Positions 37,105-46,211 of a DNA stretch of 64,000 bases are shown here, one piece after another (the stretch's first letter is position 1; the number at the start of each line of letters is the position of its first letter). This stretch comes from a virus. Its lineage: Duplodnaviria > Caudoviricetes. The stretch covers positions 9,381 to 73,380 of IMG/VR virus record IMGVR_UViG_2513237213_000004, one strand, 5' to 3'. The position numbers and the translations under genes were made by a program. Under the pieces are notes generated by a model, which made no database searches, was not told where the DNA came from, and worked only from the letters and a program-made list of their open reading frames with translations.

Positions 37105-37773
37105 ATGAGAATTGAAAAGAAAATTATCCCGGCGGTATATGTTCCAGCACATATTGAAACCATGAAAATCTATGAATATAGCGAATTAGCGGACGACGTA
37201 AAAGATAGATTGAGAAAAGAGGCTTTTGATAGTTTAGATATTTACGATATTATGGATTCATGGGAAAACACTGTAAAAGCTATTGGAAAATTGATTGGGG
37301 CCGAAAAGCCTAGCTATGAGATTGGATATTGCTGCCATAATTATCTAAGATTTATCTTTGACGAACTGGAGGGAGAAATAAGCGGCCCGCGTGCTATGGC
37401 GTGGATACAAAATAACTGGATTGATAAAGCATATAAGGGGAAATACTTTTCAACGCCATTTAGAAAATGCGAAAAAAGCAAAGAGCACCCGGCAGGAATA
37501 ACCTATAAATATCGGTATAGTAAAATCATGGTGGCCTTAGATAATTGTCCTTTTACTGGTGTATGTTATGATTGTAATTTTGGCGAAGCATGGACCGAAT
37601 TTAAGGAAGGAATCCGGCAGGGAAAACAATTAACAATAAATGACTTTTTGGAAATATTGGAACAAAAGCTGGTCAGTGATATTTCACAGGAAATTGATTA
37701 CAGATTTTCTAACGAAGGCATTGACGAAGAATTAAGTGAAAATGAATACTATGAAAACGGGGAGGCCGTATAA
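37105..37773 (+). CDS. Early hypothetical protein
   Basis: SD GGAGG; 222 aa. Confidence 0.75.
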   Translation: MRIEKKIIPAVYVPAHIETMKIYEYSELADDVKDRLRKEAFDSLDIYDIMDSWENTVKAIGKLIGAEKPSYEIGYCCHNYLRFIFDELEGEISGPRAMAWIQNNWIDKAYKGKYFSTPFRKCEKSKEHPAGITYKYRYSKIMVALDNCPFTGVCYDCNFGEAWTEFKEGIRQGKQLTINDFLEILEQKLVSDISQEIDYRFSNEGIDEELSENEYYENGEAV

Positions 37774-38460
37774 ATGAAAACGTTAGCAAGTAAGGTGCTG
37801 GAAGTAATCAATGATAATTCCATGAATAACAATGCAAAGGTGGAATATATCAAGGAAATTTGCGAAAAAGATATTTTCAACGAAAACAGGGATAAACTTT
37901 GTACTAAAACGGAAAAGAAAAGACTTTCCACCATTGAAAAATTCTTAGATAAAGCGACTTATAAAGAAGTTTGCAAGTATATCTTGTTAGAAAATGGCAA
38001 AGCTATTTATACAGATTGTCACGTTGAAGCAATTATTCCGGAAAAATTCATTGATAACATTGATAAAAAATATATCCTTCCCAATGGTCAAAAGTATTTA
38101 CCTTATAAAAAAGTTATTCCTACGTTATCCGGTGATATTGCAACCTGTAAAATTACCTACGGTGAACTAATGGCCTTTGCAAAGGTGGCGAAGGCGGCCA
38201 AAAAAGGCCTGCGTGGATCAGACCGGGATTTAAAAGACGACATAAGCCTTGCCTATTCCGACGGACTATATCGTGATTACAATGTGAACTATTTGATCCA
38301 TTGCTGCAACGTGGCCGGCGTTGATGAAATGACATTGAAGGCCCCGGCAGGACTGAAAAACGTATTTATCCCGGCAACGATTGAAACAGAAAACGGCTGC
38401 AAATTCATCGTGGCAGGCTGCCGGGGAGAACACACGAAAACAGGAAAGAAGGTGGCCTAA
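37774..38460 (+). CDS. Early hypothetical protein
   Basis: Abuts the previous stop; 228 aa. Confidence 0.75.
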   Translation: MKTLASKVLEVINDNSMNNNAKVEYIKEICEKDIFNENRDKLCTKTEKKRLSTIEKFLDKATYKEVCKYILLENGKAIYTDCHVEAIIPEKFIDNIDKKYILPNGQKYLPYKKVIPTLSGDIATCKITYGELMAFAKVAKAAKKGLRGSDRDLKDDISLAYSDGLYRDYNVNYLIHCCNVAGVDEMTLKAPAGLKNVFIPATIETENGCKFIVAGCRGEHTKTGKKVA

Positions 38461-38621
38461 TGAAGCTGGAACCACGACGGAAAACCACAAAGAACGGCTA
38501 TTCATGGGCCGTATGGGATAAATTAAATAATTCATGGTTCGCCGCTGCAATGGTTATGGATTATCCCTGTAAAAAAGATTGTATCTATGCTATCCGGTAT
38601 TTGTTAAAAGAGGGTATTTAA
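38460..38621 (+). CDS. 53-aa protein, paralog of 42641-42811 (not in track)
   Basis: TAATG coupling; MKLEPRRKTTKNGYSWAVWDKLNNSWFAAAMVMDYPCKKDCIYAIRYLLKEGI. Confidence 0.65.
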   Translation: MKLEPRRKTTKNGYSWAVWDKLNNSWFAAAMVMDYPCKKDCIYAIRYLLKEGI

Positions 38622-38622
38622 A

Positions 38623-39138
38623 ATGAAGGCTTATAAGTTATTCAAGATAAAAGATGGTCAGCTTTTCCCGCTTTATGTCAACGCATCCACGCCGGTCCCT
38701 TTGGGGACCTGGCTAGAGGCGGAGGCCGGGCCGCTGGCTGCCGACGGTAAGCACGTTAAATCTAAACTAGGTAACCTGGCTTATCGCCCTGGCTGGCATT
38801 GTTCGGATTATCCCGTGGCGCTTCATATTGGCGAAAAGAAAAATCCGACGGATAAGCTGCCTAGTTACCGGCCCCGGTCCCAGGTATGGGCCGAAGTAGA
38901 AGTAATGGATCGCGTAAACTGGCAGCAGGAAGCGAACAAACAAGGGAAAAACCAACGGGATAAACAATTAAAAGTGGTCCCGGTAAATGGATACTATGAA
39001 TATAAAACGAATCCAAACATGTATGGCCGCTGGATCATTGCCGGGAATATCCGGGTAAATAAAATCCTAAGTGATGATGAAGTAAAACAGATTAACAGTA
39101 AGATTGATGTGGAGGACCTTCCCAGGAAGGCAGCATAA
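38623..39138 (+). CDS. Early hypothetical protein (LAYRPGWH motif)
   Basis: 171 aa; SD GAGG. Confidence 0.75.
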   Translation: MKAYKLFKIKDGQLFPLYVNASTPVPLGTWLEAEAGPLAADGKHVKSKLGNLAYRPGWHCSDYPVALHIGEKKNPTDKLPSYRPRSQVWAEVEVMDRVNWQQEANKQGKNQRDKQLKVVPVNGYYEYKTNPNMYGRWIIAGNIRVNKILSDDEVKQINSKIDVEDLPRKAA

Positions 39139-39155
39139 GAGAGAAGGAAAAAGCA

Positions 39156-39728
39156 ATGAATACCGTTTTATTGTCGTGGAAGGACGCTGAAAAAATCTTT
39201 AAGTGGGCGTATGAAAATAAATCTATGATGTATCAATTTCCGGAACCGTTGAAAAATATTCGACTGGTTATCGAAAAATGGGAAGCCAAAATCCAGCGCT
39301 ATGGAAACAAGGTAAAAATCCATCACTGGTATGATGGTAAGGCCAAAGGAACCCAGGAATTTAAATTAGGCATCCCCATTACCATAATTGACAACAAAAC
39401 GGATTTTCGCGGGCCGGATAAAATGACAATGGTAGCGACTTATGCAGCGCTTATGGCCTATATGGTATATGCACCAAAGGAAATTATAAAGGAACCGGCA
39501 AAGATGGCCGTACACGCCCCAGGAGGCCCCAGGAAGGCCGGAAAAGGGTACACCTATATACTACATAGGATAAGCAATAAAGCACCGCAGGGAGGCCACC
39601 ACAGAAGTCCGCAGGGAACCTTCACGGTCCGCGGCCATCACAGACATTATAAGAACGGTAAAACAATCTGGATTAGAGAATATACAAAGGGCACTGGGGA
39701 AAACAAGGAAAGGACATATAAGCTATGA
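39156..39728 (+). CDS. Early hypothetical protein (C-terminal VRGHHRHYKNGK.IWI..Y.KG)
   Basis: 190 aa; SD GAAGGA. Confidence 0.75.
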   Translation: MNTVLLSWKDAEKIFKWAYENKSMMYQFPEPLKNIRLVIEKWEAKIQRYGNKVKIHHWYDGKAKGTQEFKLGIPITIIDNKTDFRGPDKMTMVATYAALMAYMVYAPKEIIKEPAKMAVHAPGGPRKAGKGYTYILHRISNKAPQGGHHRSPQGTFTVRGHHRHYKNGKTIWIREYTKGTGENKERTYKL

Positions 39729-39943
39729 TTAAATGGGAAAAGGAACACGCTGCCATTGTTGTTCTAAACATGGTTAAATTCTATGTGAAATACAGGCAGG
39801 AACGTGAGAAGGAAATTACGGCTAGTTATTCCGGGAAATTAGAGGGATATATTCAAGGGATTACATTTGCTGACAAAACCTATGCGTTATACCTTCATAG
39901 ATTAGCGAATTGGTACACTAAAAGATTATTGCGGAGGAATTGA
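39725..39943 (+). CDS. Early hypothetical protein
   Basis: Overlaps the previous stop; 72 aa. Confidence 0.6.
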   Translation: MIKWEKEHAAIVVLNMVKFYVKYRQEREKEITASYSGKLEGYIQGITFADKTYALYLHRLANWYTKRLLRRN

Positions 39944-39945
39944 AA

Positions 39946-40695
39946 ATGGAAAAAATTGTAAAACCTGGCATGTTTAACGAATATCAGAAAATTGCTTTTT
40001 ACCATGGAGAAAACATGGTAAGAATCGATAATTTTGAAAGTGGTAATATTGAGATCCCGGAAGGGTGGGAAAAGGCTATAAGTGGCTATACCTATGAAGC
40101 TAATTCGTTCCGGGCTCCGAAAGGGATTGTATTTGATAGCGAAAATTTCCAGGTACGGAACGCGCGTAAATTGAATCTGGCAAAGAACGACCTGTTCACC
40201 ATCAAAGAGTATGACAATGTGGACCGGGAAGGCAAGCGCGTGTTGTATATCCCGGCGGAAATTGAACCGGCTGGCGAAGTAAAGCAATGTGAATCTAAAT
40301 TCGGTTACTATCTTTACAAGAAAACGAAAGTAAATTGCCCTATCAAGGTTACTGTCTGGCTGCGCGAAGTGGTAAGCAAGGAAAAAGCCGACGAATGTTT
40401 CAAACAATGGAACGGGAAAAGATACGAAGAAAAGCCCGGCGTTGCCCATGAAGTAAAACATAGACAGTCTTTTGATGGAACACAGGATGATTATATTATC
40501 GTGCATTACATTGATATTATTGTTCCATGGTTTTACCTGCTGACCTTTGATAAAGTCGTATATAGTGAATACTATGAACTCACGGATAAATTGGCCGGTA
40601 AAATGAATGAAGTTCTGGGAGGCAAAAGCCTTTCCCACTATGACATTGATAAGCTGCTGGAACACTTTGATATTACTGAAAAAACGGAGGCGTAA
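39946..40695 (+). CDS. Early hypothetical protein
   Basis: SD GGAGG before the ATG at 39946. Confidence 0.75.
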   Translation: MEKIVKPGMFNEYQKIAFYHGENMVRIDNFESGNIEIPEGWEKAISGYTYEANSFRAPKGIVFDSENFQVRNARKLNLAKNDLFTIKEYDNVDREGKRVLYIPAEIEPAGEVKQCESKFGYYLYKKTKVNCPIKVTVWLREVVSKEKADECFKQWNGKRYEEKPGVAHEVKHRQSFDGTQDDYIIVHYIDIIVPWFYLLTFDKVVYSEYYELTDKLAGKMNEVLGGKSLSHYDIDKLLEHFDITEKTEA

Positions 40696-40698
40696 ACC

Positions 40699-40962
40699 AT
40701 GGAAAAGAAAACAAGAGAAACGACGCGGGCCCGCTGCTATAATTTCCTGGCAATGAATTGTGATGGCTTATTAAAGACAAAGGCATCTAAGATGTTTAAC
40801 TGGAAAGAAGCCTGTAACATGTATGAAACAAGGATTTTCCTGTTATGCGAAGTTCTAAAAATTGATAGTTCCCAATTGAATTATTATGGGACCGTCAAGA
40901 AATACCGTCCGGATTTATTTGAACAAGACTTTTACAACGATGTTCGTAAATATGTGAAGTAA
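40699..40962 (+). CDS. Early hypothetical protein
   Basis: SD GGAGG. Confidence 0.65.
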   Translation: MEKKTRETTRARCYNFLAMNCDGLLKTKASKMFNWKEACNMYETRIFLLCEVLKIDSSQLNYYGTVKKYRPDLFEQDFYNDVRKYVK

Positions 40963-40976
40963 CGGAGGAAATAACC

Positions 40977-41396
40977 ATGGTAATTATAGATAAAAAGCAT
41001 GAGCAGAAAATCAATGAGATATTGAAGGGAGGGCAGGGAAAATCAACCGCAAGAACCATTGATAATGCAGAAGAATTGATTAGTTTAGTGGAGAAATACA
41101 AATCAAACCTGCCGCCTATTCCAAAAGCCCATTTAAACCATTGCAAGCTGATTATATTTGTTGGTGCCGGGCACTTTGCAAACGCTTATAAGTATATACC
41201 AATGGGAACGCAGGTAACGATTGAATTTGGAAGGGATGGATTAGGGCGCCTAGTTTCTGTTAGTCGAACCAATGTAAAAGGGGCAAAAGAATATAGTTTC
41301 ATGCTTACCAAAGAAGCTAAGCAATCGGCGCTAAGGTGTCTCAATATATTACCTTGTGATTACGATAAAGACAAGGATTGCTGGAAAGCCTGCTAA
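40977..41396 (+). CDS. Early hypothetical protein
   Basis: SD context AACGGAGGAAATAACCATG. Confidence 0.7.
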   Translation: MVIIDKKHEQKINEILKGGQGKSTARTIDNAEELISLVEKYKSNLPPIPKAHLNHCKLIIFVGAGHFANAYKYIPMGTQVTIEFGRDGLGRLVSVSRTNVKGAKEYSFMLTKEAKQSALRCLNILPCDYDKDKDCWKAC

Positions 41397-41416
41397 GTCA
41401 AACGGAGGAAATAACC

Positions 41417-41644
41417 ATGAGAAAATATAGGAAGGTTACCATGTTTGTGGCTTTTGATATTCCGGACGATATACCGGAGGAATCCCAGGAACGCATGGAG
41501 GAAGATTTTGATAGCACGTTGCTTGTTGACCTTGATAATGTCAATTACGATGCAGAACTGGATTACTCATATGAGTACGACGTGGAGGAAACAACGTCGG
41601 AAAAATTAAAAGAAGAAAATAGCTTTATGTTTGGGAGGATTTAA
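41417..41644 (+). CDS. Small acidic early protein
   Basis: Same SD context AACGGAGGAAATAACCATG. Confidence 0.65.
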   Translation: MRKYRKVTMFVAFDIPDDIPEESQERMEEDFDSTLLVDLDNVNYDAELDYSYEYDVEETTSEKLKEENSFMFGRI

Positions 41645-41646
41645 CC

Positions 41647-41904
41647 ATGGATAGACTTGAATACGAAAAGAATAATATTACTTGGTGCATTGCGAAGCTG
41701 AATAAATTGTGTGACTATGCGTATATCCAGCGTTGCACTCACGCCGCTGGCAATCCATTGGAAAAGCCACACTATCAAATTGTTATCAATGGTTACGCCA
41801 TTGAATCGTACCACGGTTTTGATGAACTGGCTGGCCGTATATCTGACTTTGTAAATATCTTTGAAGCTGGCCATAGGGTGGCCCGTGGCATGGATTGTTT
41901 GTAA
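41647..41904 (+). CDS. Early hypothetical protein
   Basis: SD GGAGG. Confidence 0.65.
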   Translation: MDRLEYEKNNITWCIAKLNKLCDYAYIQRCTHAAGNPLEKPHYQIVINGYAIESYHGFDELAGRISDFVNIFEAGHRVARGMDCL

Positions 41905-41916
41905 GGGGGCATAAGC

Positions 41917-42150
41917 ATGAAATACTATGAACTTATTTTCGGAAATTATAAAGAGAATCCCGATTGGTCCATCGTTATCAAAGGAATTCGTAAGCCCACT
42001 GTTATAGAAGCTAATGAGTTTTGCGCGAGTGATGTTGCTTACTATGGCGAGGTAACAGAAGTTTTCGATATTTCCGAGGACGATGTATACACTGACTTTC
42101 ATACTGAGAATATTGACAACTGGCCAGTATTTGGCTTGGATTGTTTGTAA
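41917..42150 (+). CDS. Early hypothetical protein
   Basis: SD AAGGGGG. Confidence 0.65.
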   Translation: MKYYELIFGNYKENPDWSIVIKGIRKPTVIEANEFCASDVAYYGEVTEVFDISEDDVYTDFHTENIDNWPVFGLDCL

Positions 42151-42164
42151 GGGGGATAATTACA

Positions 42165-42371
42165 ATGAGAAAAAGCGAATTTGTAAGGCTGCACATCCAG
42201 CTTGCAGGGATCAAAACAGGTACAAGGATTAGGCATGGCGTCCATGCTCCATACGTTCAATACAGAGGTATTCCGCGGTATAGGCAGCTAGTTAAGCTGG
42301 CGAAGCGCAAAGAGGCAATCAAGGCCGGGGATAAGTTTTATCCGTATGATGACAATTTCTGGAACGCATAA
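42165..42371 (+). CDS. Small basic early protein
   Basis: SD AAGGGGG before the ATG at 42165. Confidence 0.6.
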   Translation: MRKSEFVRLHIQLAGIKTGTRIRHGVHAPYVQYRGIPRYRQLVKLAKRKEAIKAGDKFYPYDDNFWNA

Positions 42372-42386
42372 CAGGAGGAAACAACA

Positions 42387-42641
42387 ATGAAAATTTATAC
42401 GCTTCATCACTGTGACGAATGGTGTACCTGGGATAGCATGGAAATGGCCGACGAATATTTCCGGGATAACGAGGAAGGCCGGAGGAAATTACTGGAACGA
42501 ATCACGGAAGAAATCGAATCCGGTTCCATTGAACTCATTGGCGACATTGGTTTTCTGAACCTTGATATTAGCTGCGGCAATATCCGGAACGCTAACGATA
42601 GACTGAAATACGCTTATATTAATACTATGGAGGCTGCATAA
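42387..42641 (+). CDS. Early hypothetical protein
   Basis: SD AGGAGG. Confidence 0.65.
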   Translation: MKIYTLHHCDEWCTWDSMEMADEYFRDNEEGRRKLLERITEEIESGSIELIGDIGFLNLDISCGNIRNANDRLKYAYINTMEAA

Positions 42642-42811
42642 TGACAAAGTATGAACCCAGACAAAGAACCACCGGCGGGAAAACGTGGTGGGAGCCCTGG
42701 AACCCCAGGACTAACCGCTATTCTACACTAACTGCCCTTGGCAAGTATCGAACCCAGAAGGGCTGCGCTGCTGCAATTAAATTCTATGAACGGTGCTATG
42801 GAGGAATCTGA
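42641..42811 (+). CDS. 56-aa protein, paralog of 38460-38621 (not in track)
   Basis: TAATG coupling; MTKYEPRQRTTGGKTWWEPWNPRTNRYSTLTALGKYRTQKGCAAAIKFYERCYGGI. Confidence 0.65.
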   Translation: MTKYEPRQRTTGGKTWWEPWNPRTNRYSTLTALGKYRTQKGCAAAIKFYERCYGGI

Positions 42812-42870
42812 AATCGTAGGGCGTATTAAGTAAAACATAAGTGGGACTCTATGGCCCCACTGTTAACAAT

Positions 42871-42924
42871 AAGTGACTTTTTGAAAAAATAATGCTTGCA
42901 GCGGTATTTCCTCTATGTTATAAT
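42871..42924 (+). promoter_or_regulatory. Promoter TTGCAG-17-TATAAT with upstream box AAGTGACTTTTTGAAAAAATA
   Basis: Read directly from the sequence; box identical to 33459-33479. Confidence 0.7.
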
Positions 42925-42946
42925 GGAGGAAAAGGAGGAAGGAAAA

Positions 42947-43756
42947 ATGATGGATTACACAGAATTCCTAGAAGAAGTACGAAAAACGCGCCGGGAATCA
43001 ACCTGGAAAAGCTATTGCATGGCCTTGGAAAAGTTTCCGGAAGGAACCGAAGAAGAAATCATTGATTACATTGATAAGTCACCGCATCAGGGCAGCACTA
43101 AGAAGGCCAATTTGCGTATCCTGCGTTTGGCCCTGGATTACAACGGGGCTTTAACCAAAGGAATCAAGCGCATTATCAAGTCATACCGTCCGGATGAATC
43201 CTTGCAGGAATGTCCCACGGATAAGCAGGTTGAAAAGATCTGGGACCATCTTAAATCCTTCCGCGAAAAGGCAATGTTCTCCCTCATGGCTTATATGGGC
43301 TTTCGTGTTGGCGAAGTCCGGAACCTGAATCTCAATGACATTACGGAAAATGGCATGATTATCATCCGTAAATCCAAAGGTCATCGCCCGGACATTATGC
43401 CGATGGTCCACAAGCGGGTATATGAATCACTTAGATCCTACCTGCATGAGCGTCGAAACACAGATAACCAGGCATTATTTACCGGTCCCCATGGCAGGTT
43501 ATCCCTGGGATATATTAAGAATATGTTTATCAATGAATTCAAGAGTAATGACCTCCCACAATTCCACTGTCATTCCCTCCGGAGATACTTCGCAAACTCC
43601 ATGTATAACAATGGCGTATCCTTGTTAGATATGCAGGACAACATGAGACATAAATCCCCGGAAACCACGAAACGCTATTTGAACCTTGGTCAGCAGAATC
43701 GTATCGACGCGATGCGGAAAACCTGGGGCGACAATGTTTCAAAAATGTTTGCATAA
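42947..43756 (+). CDS. Tyrosine recombinase, short XerC/D-like
   Basis: Catalytic set GFRVGE (R), SKG (K), HSLRR (HxxR), MRH (H), TKRY (Y); about 270 aa with no arm-binding domain. Confidence 0.9.
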   Translation: MMDYTEFLEEVRKTRRESTWKSYCMALEKFPEGTEEEIIDYIDKSPHQGSTKKANLRILRLALDYNGALTKGIKRIIKSYRPDESLQECPTDKQVEKIWDHLKSFREKAMFSLMAYMGFRVGEVRNLNLNDITENGMIIIRKSKGHRPDIMPMVHKRVYESLRSYLHERRNTDNQALFTGPHGRLSLGYIKNMFINEFKSNDLPQFHCHSLRRYFANSMYNNGVSLLDMQDNMRHKSPETTKRYLNLGQQNRIDAMRKTWGDNVSKMFA

Positions 43757-43775
43757 TGATAGGGAGGATAATTCA

Positions 43776-43832
43776 ATGATACATATTCTTTGTGTGACAA
43801 TTGGTGTGTTTTGGTTACTTTTGAAATTATAA
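43776..43832 (+). CDS. 18-aa hydrophobic micropeptide MIHILCVTIGVFWLLLKL
   Basis: SD AGGGAGG at normal spacing; stop abuts the next SD. Confidence 0.4.
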   Translation: MIHILCVTIGVFWLLLKL

Positions 43833-43847
43833 AGGAGAGAAAAATAA

Positions 43848-44450
43848 ATGGCAACCGGCGAAAGATATTATACTGACAAAAAAGAAATTCTCGTGCTTAA
43901 AAGCGAAACGGCTGAATACGAAGAAAACAAGGACTTTAATCCGTTTGATCCTGAGAGTGATGATGGAACGCCGGACAGTTTTTGGGACGGAATGAGAGAA
44001 TATCAATCGCATATTCGTAAGATTACTAAGGAGTTAAAGACCGACTGGGTTGATAACTATACATCCGATGGAGAGACATTAGATCCCGATGCTGGCAATG
44101 AAGCATGGGAGAAACTAATGGAGGAAATACCGATGCTGACCAACGGAAGTCTTGTGCAAGCATTGGAAGCAGAAGAATGGAAGAAATTGGTAAAGCAGAT
44201 AAATAGGTATGCGTGGAGATACGTTGACCGGCTATCCCAGATAAAATCAAATGCAGCTTACGAAGAAGATAGACTCGGATATACGCGCTGCACTGAATAT
44301 ACGCCAGAGGAATTTGTAAAAGAATATAAGCCGGAGCTAGTTGACGGGAAAATATATATTAAAAATCCTAAGAATATGACCTATGCTTTAAGAGGGTACG
44401 TTGAAAAGCATAGGGAAGAAATCGAAACATTGATAAACGGAGGAGAATAA
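43848..44450 (+). CDS. Hypothetical protein
   Basis: SD AAGGAG; 200 aa. Confidence 0.7.
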   Translation: MATGERYYTDKKEILVLKSETAEYEENKDFNPFDPESDDGTPDSFWDGMREYQSHIRKITKELKTDWVDNYTSDGETLDPDAGNEAWEKLMEEIPMLTNGSLVQALEAEEWKKLVKQINRYAWRYVDRLSQIKSNAAYEEDRLGYTRCTEYTPEEFVKEYKPELVDGKIYIKNPKNMTYALRGYVEKHREEIETLINGGE

Positions 44451-44452
44451 CA

Positions 44453-44731
44453 ATGGGAGATTTAGAGCATGGTTACTATGGTTATGACCAGGAAGCTGAA
44501 ATTGAAAAGACTTTATCTGAATATGATGATACCATTGAACCGAAGCCGACAATTATTCCAGCCAAAAAAGCAAGGGCAAAGGATTATGATAAGGTTTGCC
44601 ATGAGCTAGGGTTTAATCCGGGCGTAAAGTTTATAAAGATAACCACTCGTGGGACCATAGGTTTCACATGCGGTAAGCCAGAGGAATTTCGCCCAGGCCG
44701 CGTAAAATGGACATATGAAAAGGAGGGTTAA
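44453..44731 (+). CDS. Hypothetical protein
   Basis: SD GGAGGAG. Confidence 0.65.
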   Translation: MGDLEHGYYGYDQEAEIEKTLSEYDDTIEPKPTIIPAKKARAKDYDKVCHELGFNPGVKFIKITTRGTIGFTCGKPEEFRPGRVKWTYEKEG

Positions 44732-44735
44732 AAAA

Positions 44736-44906
44736 ATGCTTACCGCAAGGGGAGAATATGAAAATAAAAAGGAGCTTCTGCTTTATCAGATCTATTCAAA
44801 AGTTGGTATGTCCCCAGGGCCCTTGGAATTGAAGGCATGTCTTGAGGCGTTCTCGGATAGATTCATTGACAAACTTAGAGAGAAAAACCAGGCAGGGCAA
44901 GAATGA
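44736..44906 (+). CDS. Hypothetical protein
   Basis: SD GGAGG before the ATG near 44736 (track ORF starts at 44715). Confidence 0.55.
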   Translation: MLTARGEYENKKELLLYQIYSKVGMSPGPLELKACLEAFSDRFIDKLREKNQAGQE

Positions 44907-44915
44907 TGCTCGTTT

Positions 44916-44971
44916 ACGCCATTATACATGTATACCATTGTACCATTACACCATTATACAGGTGTAAATGT
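44916..44971. repeat. Octamer array 3 (7 units)
   Basis: ACGCCATT ATACATGT ATACCATT GTACCATT ACACCATT ATACAGGT GTAAATGT. Confidence 0.85.
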
Positions 44972-44986
44972 ACAGAAATTCATATA

Positions 44987-45027
44987 AAAATCCCGTAGGC
45001 GCTCTACATGGCTCTCTACGGGATTTT
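44987..45027. terminator. Bidirectional terminator at the convergence of the early and replication blocks
   Basis: AAAATCCCGTAG...CTACGGGATTTT inverted repeat. Confidence 0.7.
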
Positions 45028-45092
45028 CTATGTCTGTGCAATAGTTTATATGCGTTGTCTATTCGATGGCCCTCTATGGGCTTTCTAGACGT

Positions 45093-45440
45093 TCATTTTT
45101 CTAACTCACCACGATAAAGTTGTAATGCCTGTGTCGCGGTCAGTTCATCGAAGGAATTTTCCAGGCTGCCTAACAATTTCATAGCTTCATCGCTGGCCAT
45201 GCCTGTGTTTTTCATGGCAAGGACAATATAAGCCAGAACAATGTCATTGAAACGGCCCGTGTCGAAAAGTTGGCAGCTATTATACTCAGCTTCATCCAAT
45301 GTTGTCATCGGTTTCACTTCGGATAATCCTTTGAGTGCTTCCTTCAAGGCTTGCTTGATGCTTTCCGGGGACCGATCCGGGTATTTCTTAGAAAACATTT
45401 CAAGTAGTTCTGCTAAGTTTTCTAACTGTGTATGATTCAT
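45093..45440 (-). CDS. Hypothetical protein
   Basis: SD AAGGTGG before the ATG at 45440 (track start 45521). Confidence 0.65.
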   Translation of the reverse strand: MNHTQLENLAELLEMFSKKYPDRSPESIKQALKEALKGLSEVKPMTTLDEAEYNSCQLFDTGRFNDIVLAYIVLAMKNTGMASDEAMKLLGSLENSFDELTATQALQLYRGELEK

Positions 45441-45484
45441 GATTTCCACCTTATTTGCGTTTATGCTTGCGCTTACTTCTATCT

Positions 45485-45688
45485 TTACGATAAGCAGACG
45501 TAAGCATTGTAATCTTTCCATCGGTATTTTTTTTCAATGGCTGCATCCACGGCAATAGTAGACTGCCTTATGATATTAGTTTCTAGTTCGACAATCATGC
45601 TCCTACCATTTAGGCCACATTTTTCGCCATATTCATCCATGAAATCGTGTAATAAAAAGAACAGTTTATCCAAGTCGCGGAGCTCCAT
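45485..45688 (-). CDS. Hypothetical protein
   Basis: SD GAGGTG. Confidence 0.6.
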   Translation of the reverse strand: MELRDLDKLFFLLHDFMDEYGEKCGLNGRSMIVELETNIIRQSTIAVDAAIEKKYRWKDYNAYVCLS

Positions 45689-45770
45689 AAAAACACCTCA
45701 CTTATCAGATTTGCGACGGTAACAATTCCGACAGAGTATTTGACAGTTTTCTTTATTAGTTAGCTCATAA

Positions 45771-46199
45771 TTATCCTCTAATCTTCAATTCGTATCCAAG
45801 AATATCCAGGACCACTTGTAACTCATTAACCTTAAATGTTTCATGGTTAACCTTATAGGCAAATGTGGGCTGCACAAACTTGGCCCCGGTCCTTTCGTTA
45901 AATATCCTTCGCACATCCTCCTTGGTTACCCCATTGGCTTCAAAGATGGACTCAATGACCTCTTTCAATGGAGTCATTGGCAATTCAACGTTTCCCTTGG
46001 CGATAACCGGGGAGAATCCCAGAATATCACAAACCACCTGTAATTCATTGGCCTTCAATGTTTCCTTGTGGATCTTATATGAAAATGCCTGCTGCGTGAA
46101 AACCGCCCCGGTCCTGGCGTTGTATTCCTCCACCATTTTCCCCAGGGTAATCCCCTTGGCAGCTATCATATTTTTTACAGTTTGTTTTACTTCAATCAT
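45771..46199 (-). CDS. Tandem XRE-like HTH protein
   Basis: Two repeats of (Y/F)NxRTGAxFxQxxFxYKxxxETxKxNELQVVxDILG. Confidence 0.7.
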   Translation of the reverse strand: MIEVKQTVKNMIAAKGITLGKMVEEYNARTGAVFTQQAFSYKIHKETLKANELQVVCDILGFSPVIAKGNVELPMTPLKEVIESIFEANGVTKEDVRRIFNERTGAKFVQPTFAYKVNHETFKVNELQVVLDILGYELKIRG

Positions 46200-46211
46200 T
46201 GTATTCCTCTT

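Noticed and set aside
33670-43756. Many early proteins end in -AA/-VA (possible ClpXP degrons)
   Set aside because: Largely explainable by overlap with the next gene's SD/start (GGAGGCTGCATAATG-type junctions); no independent support.
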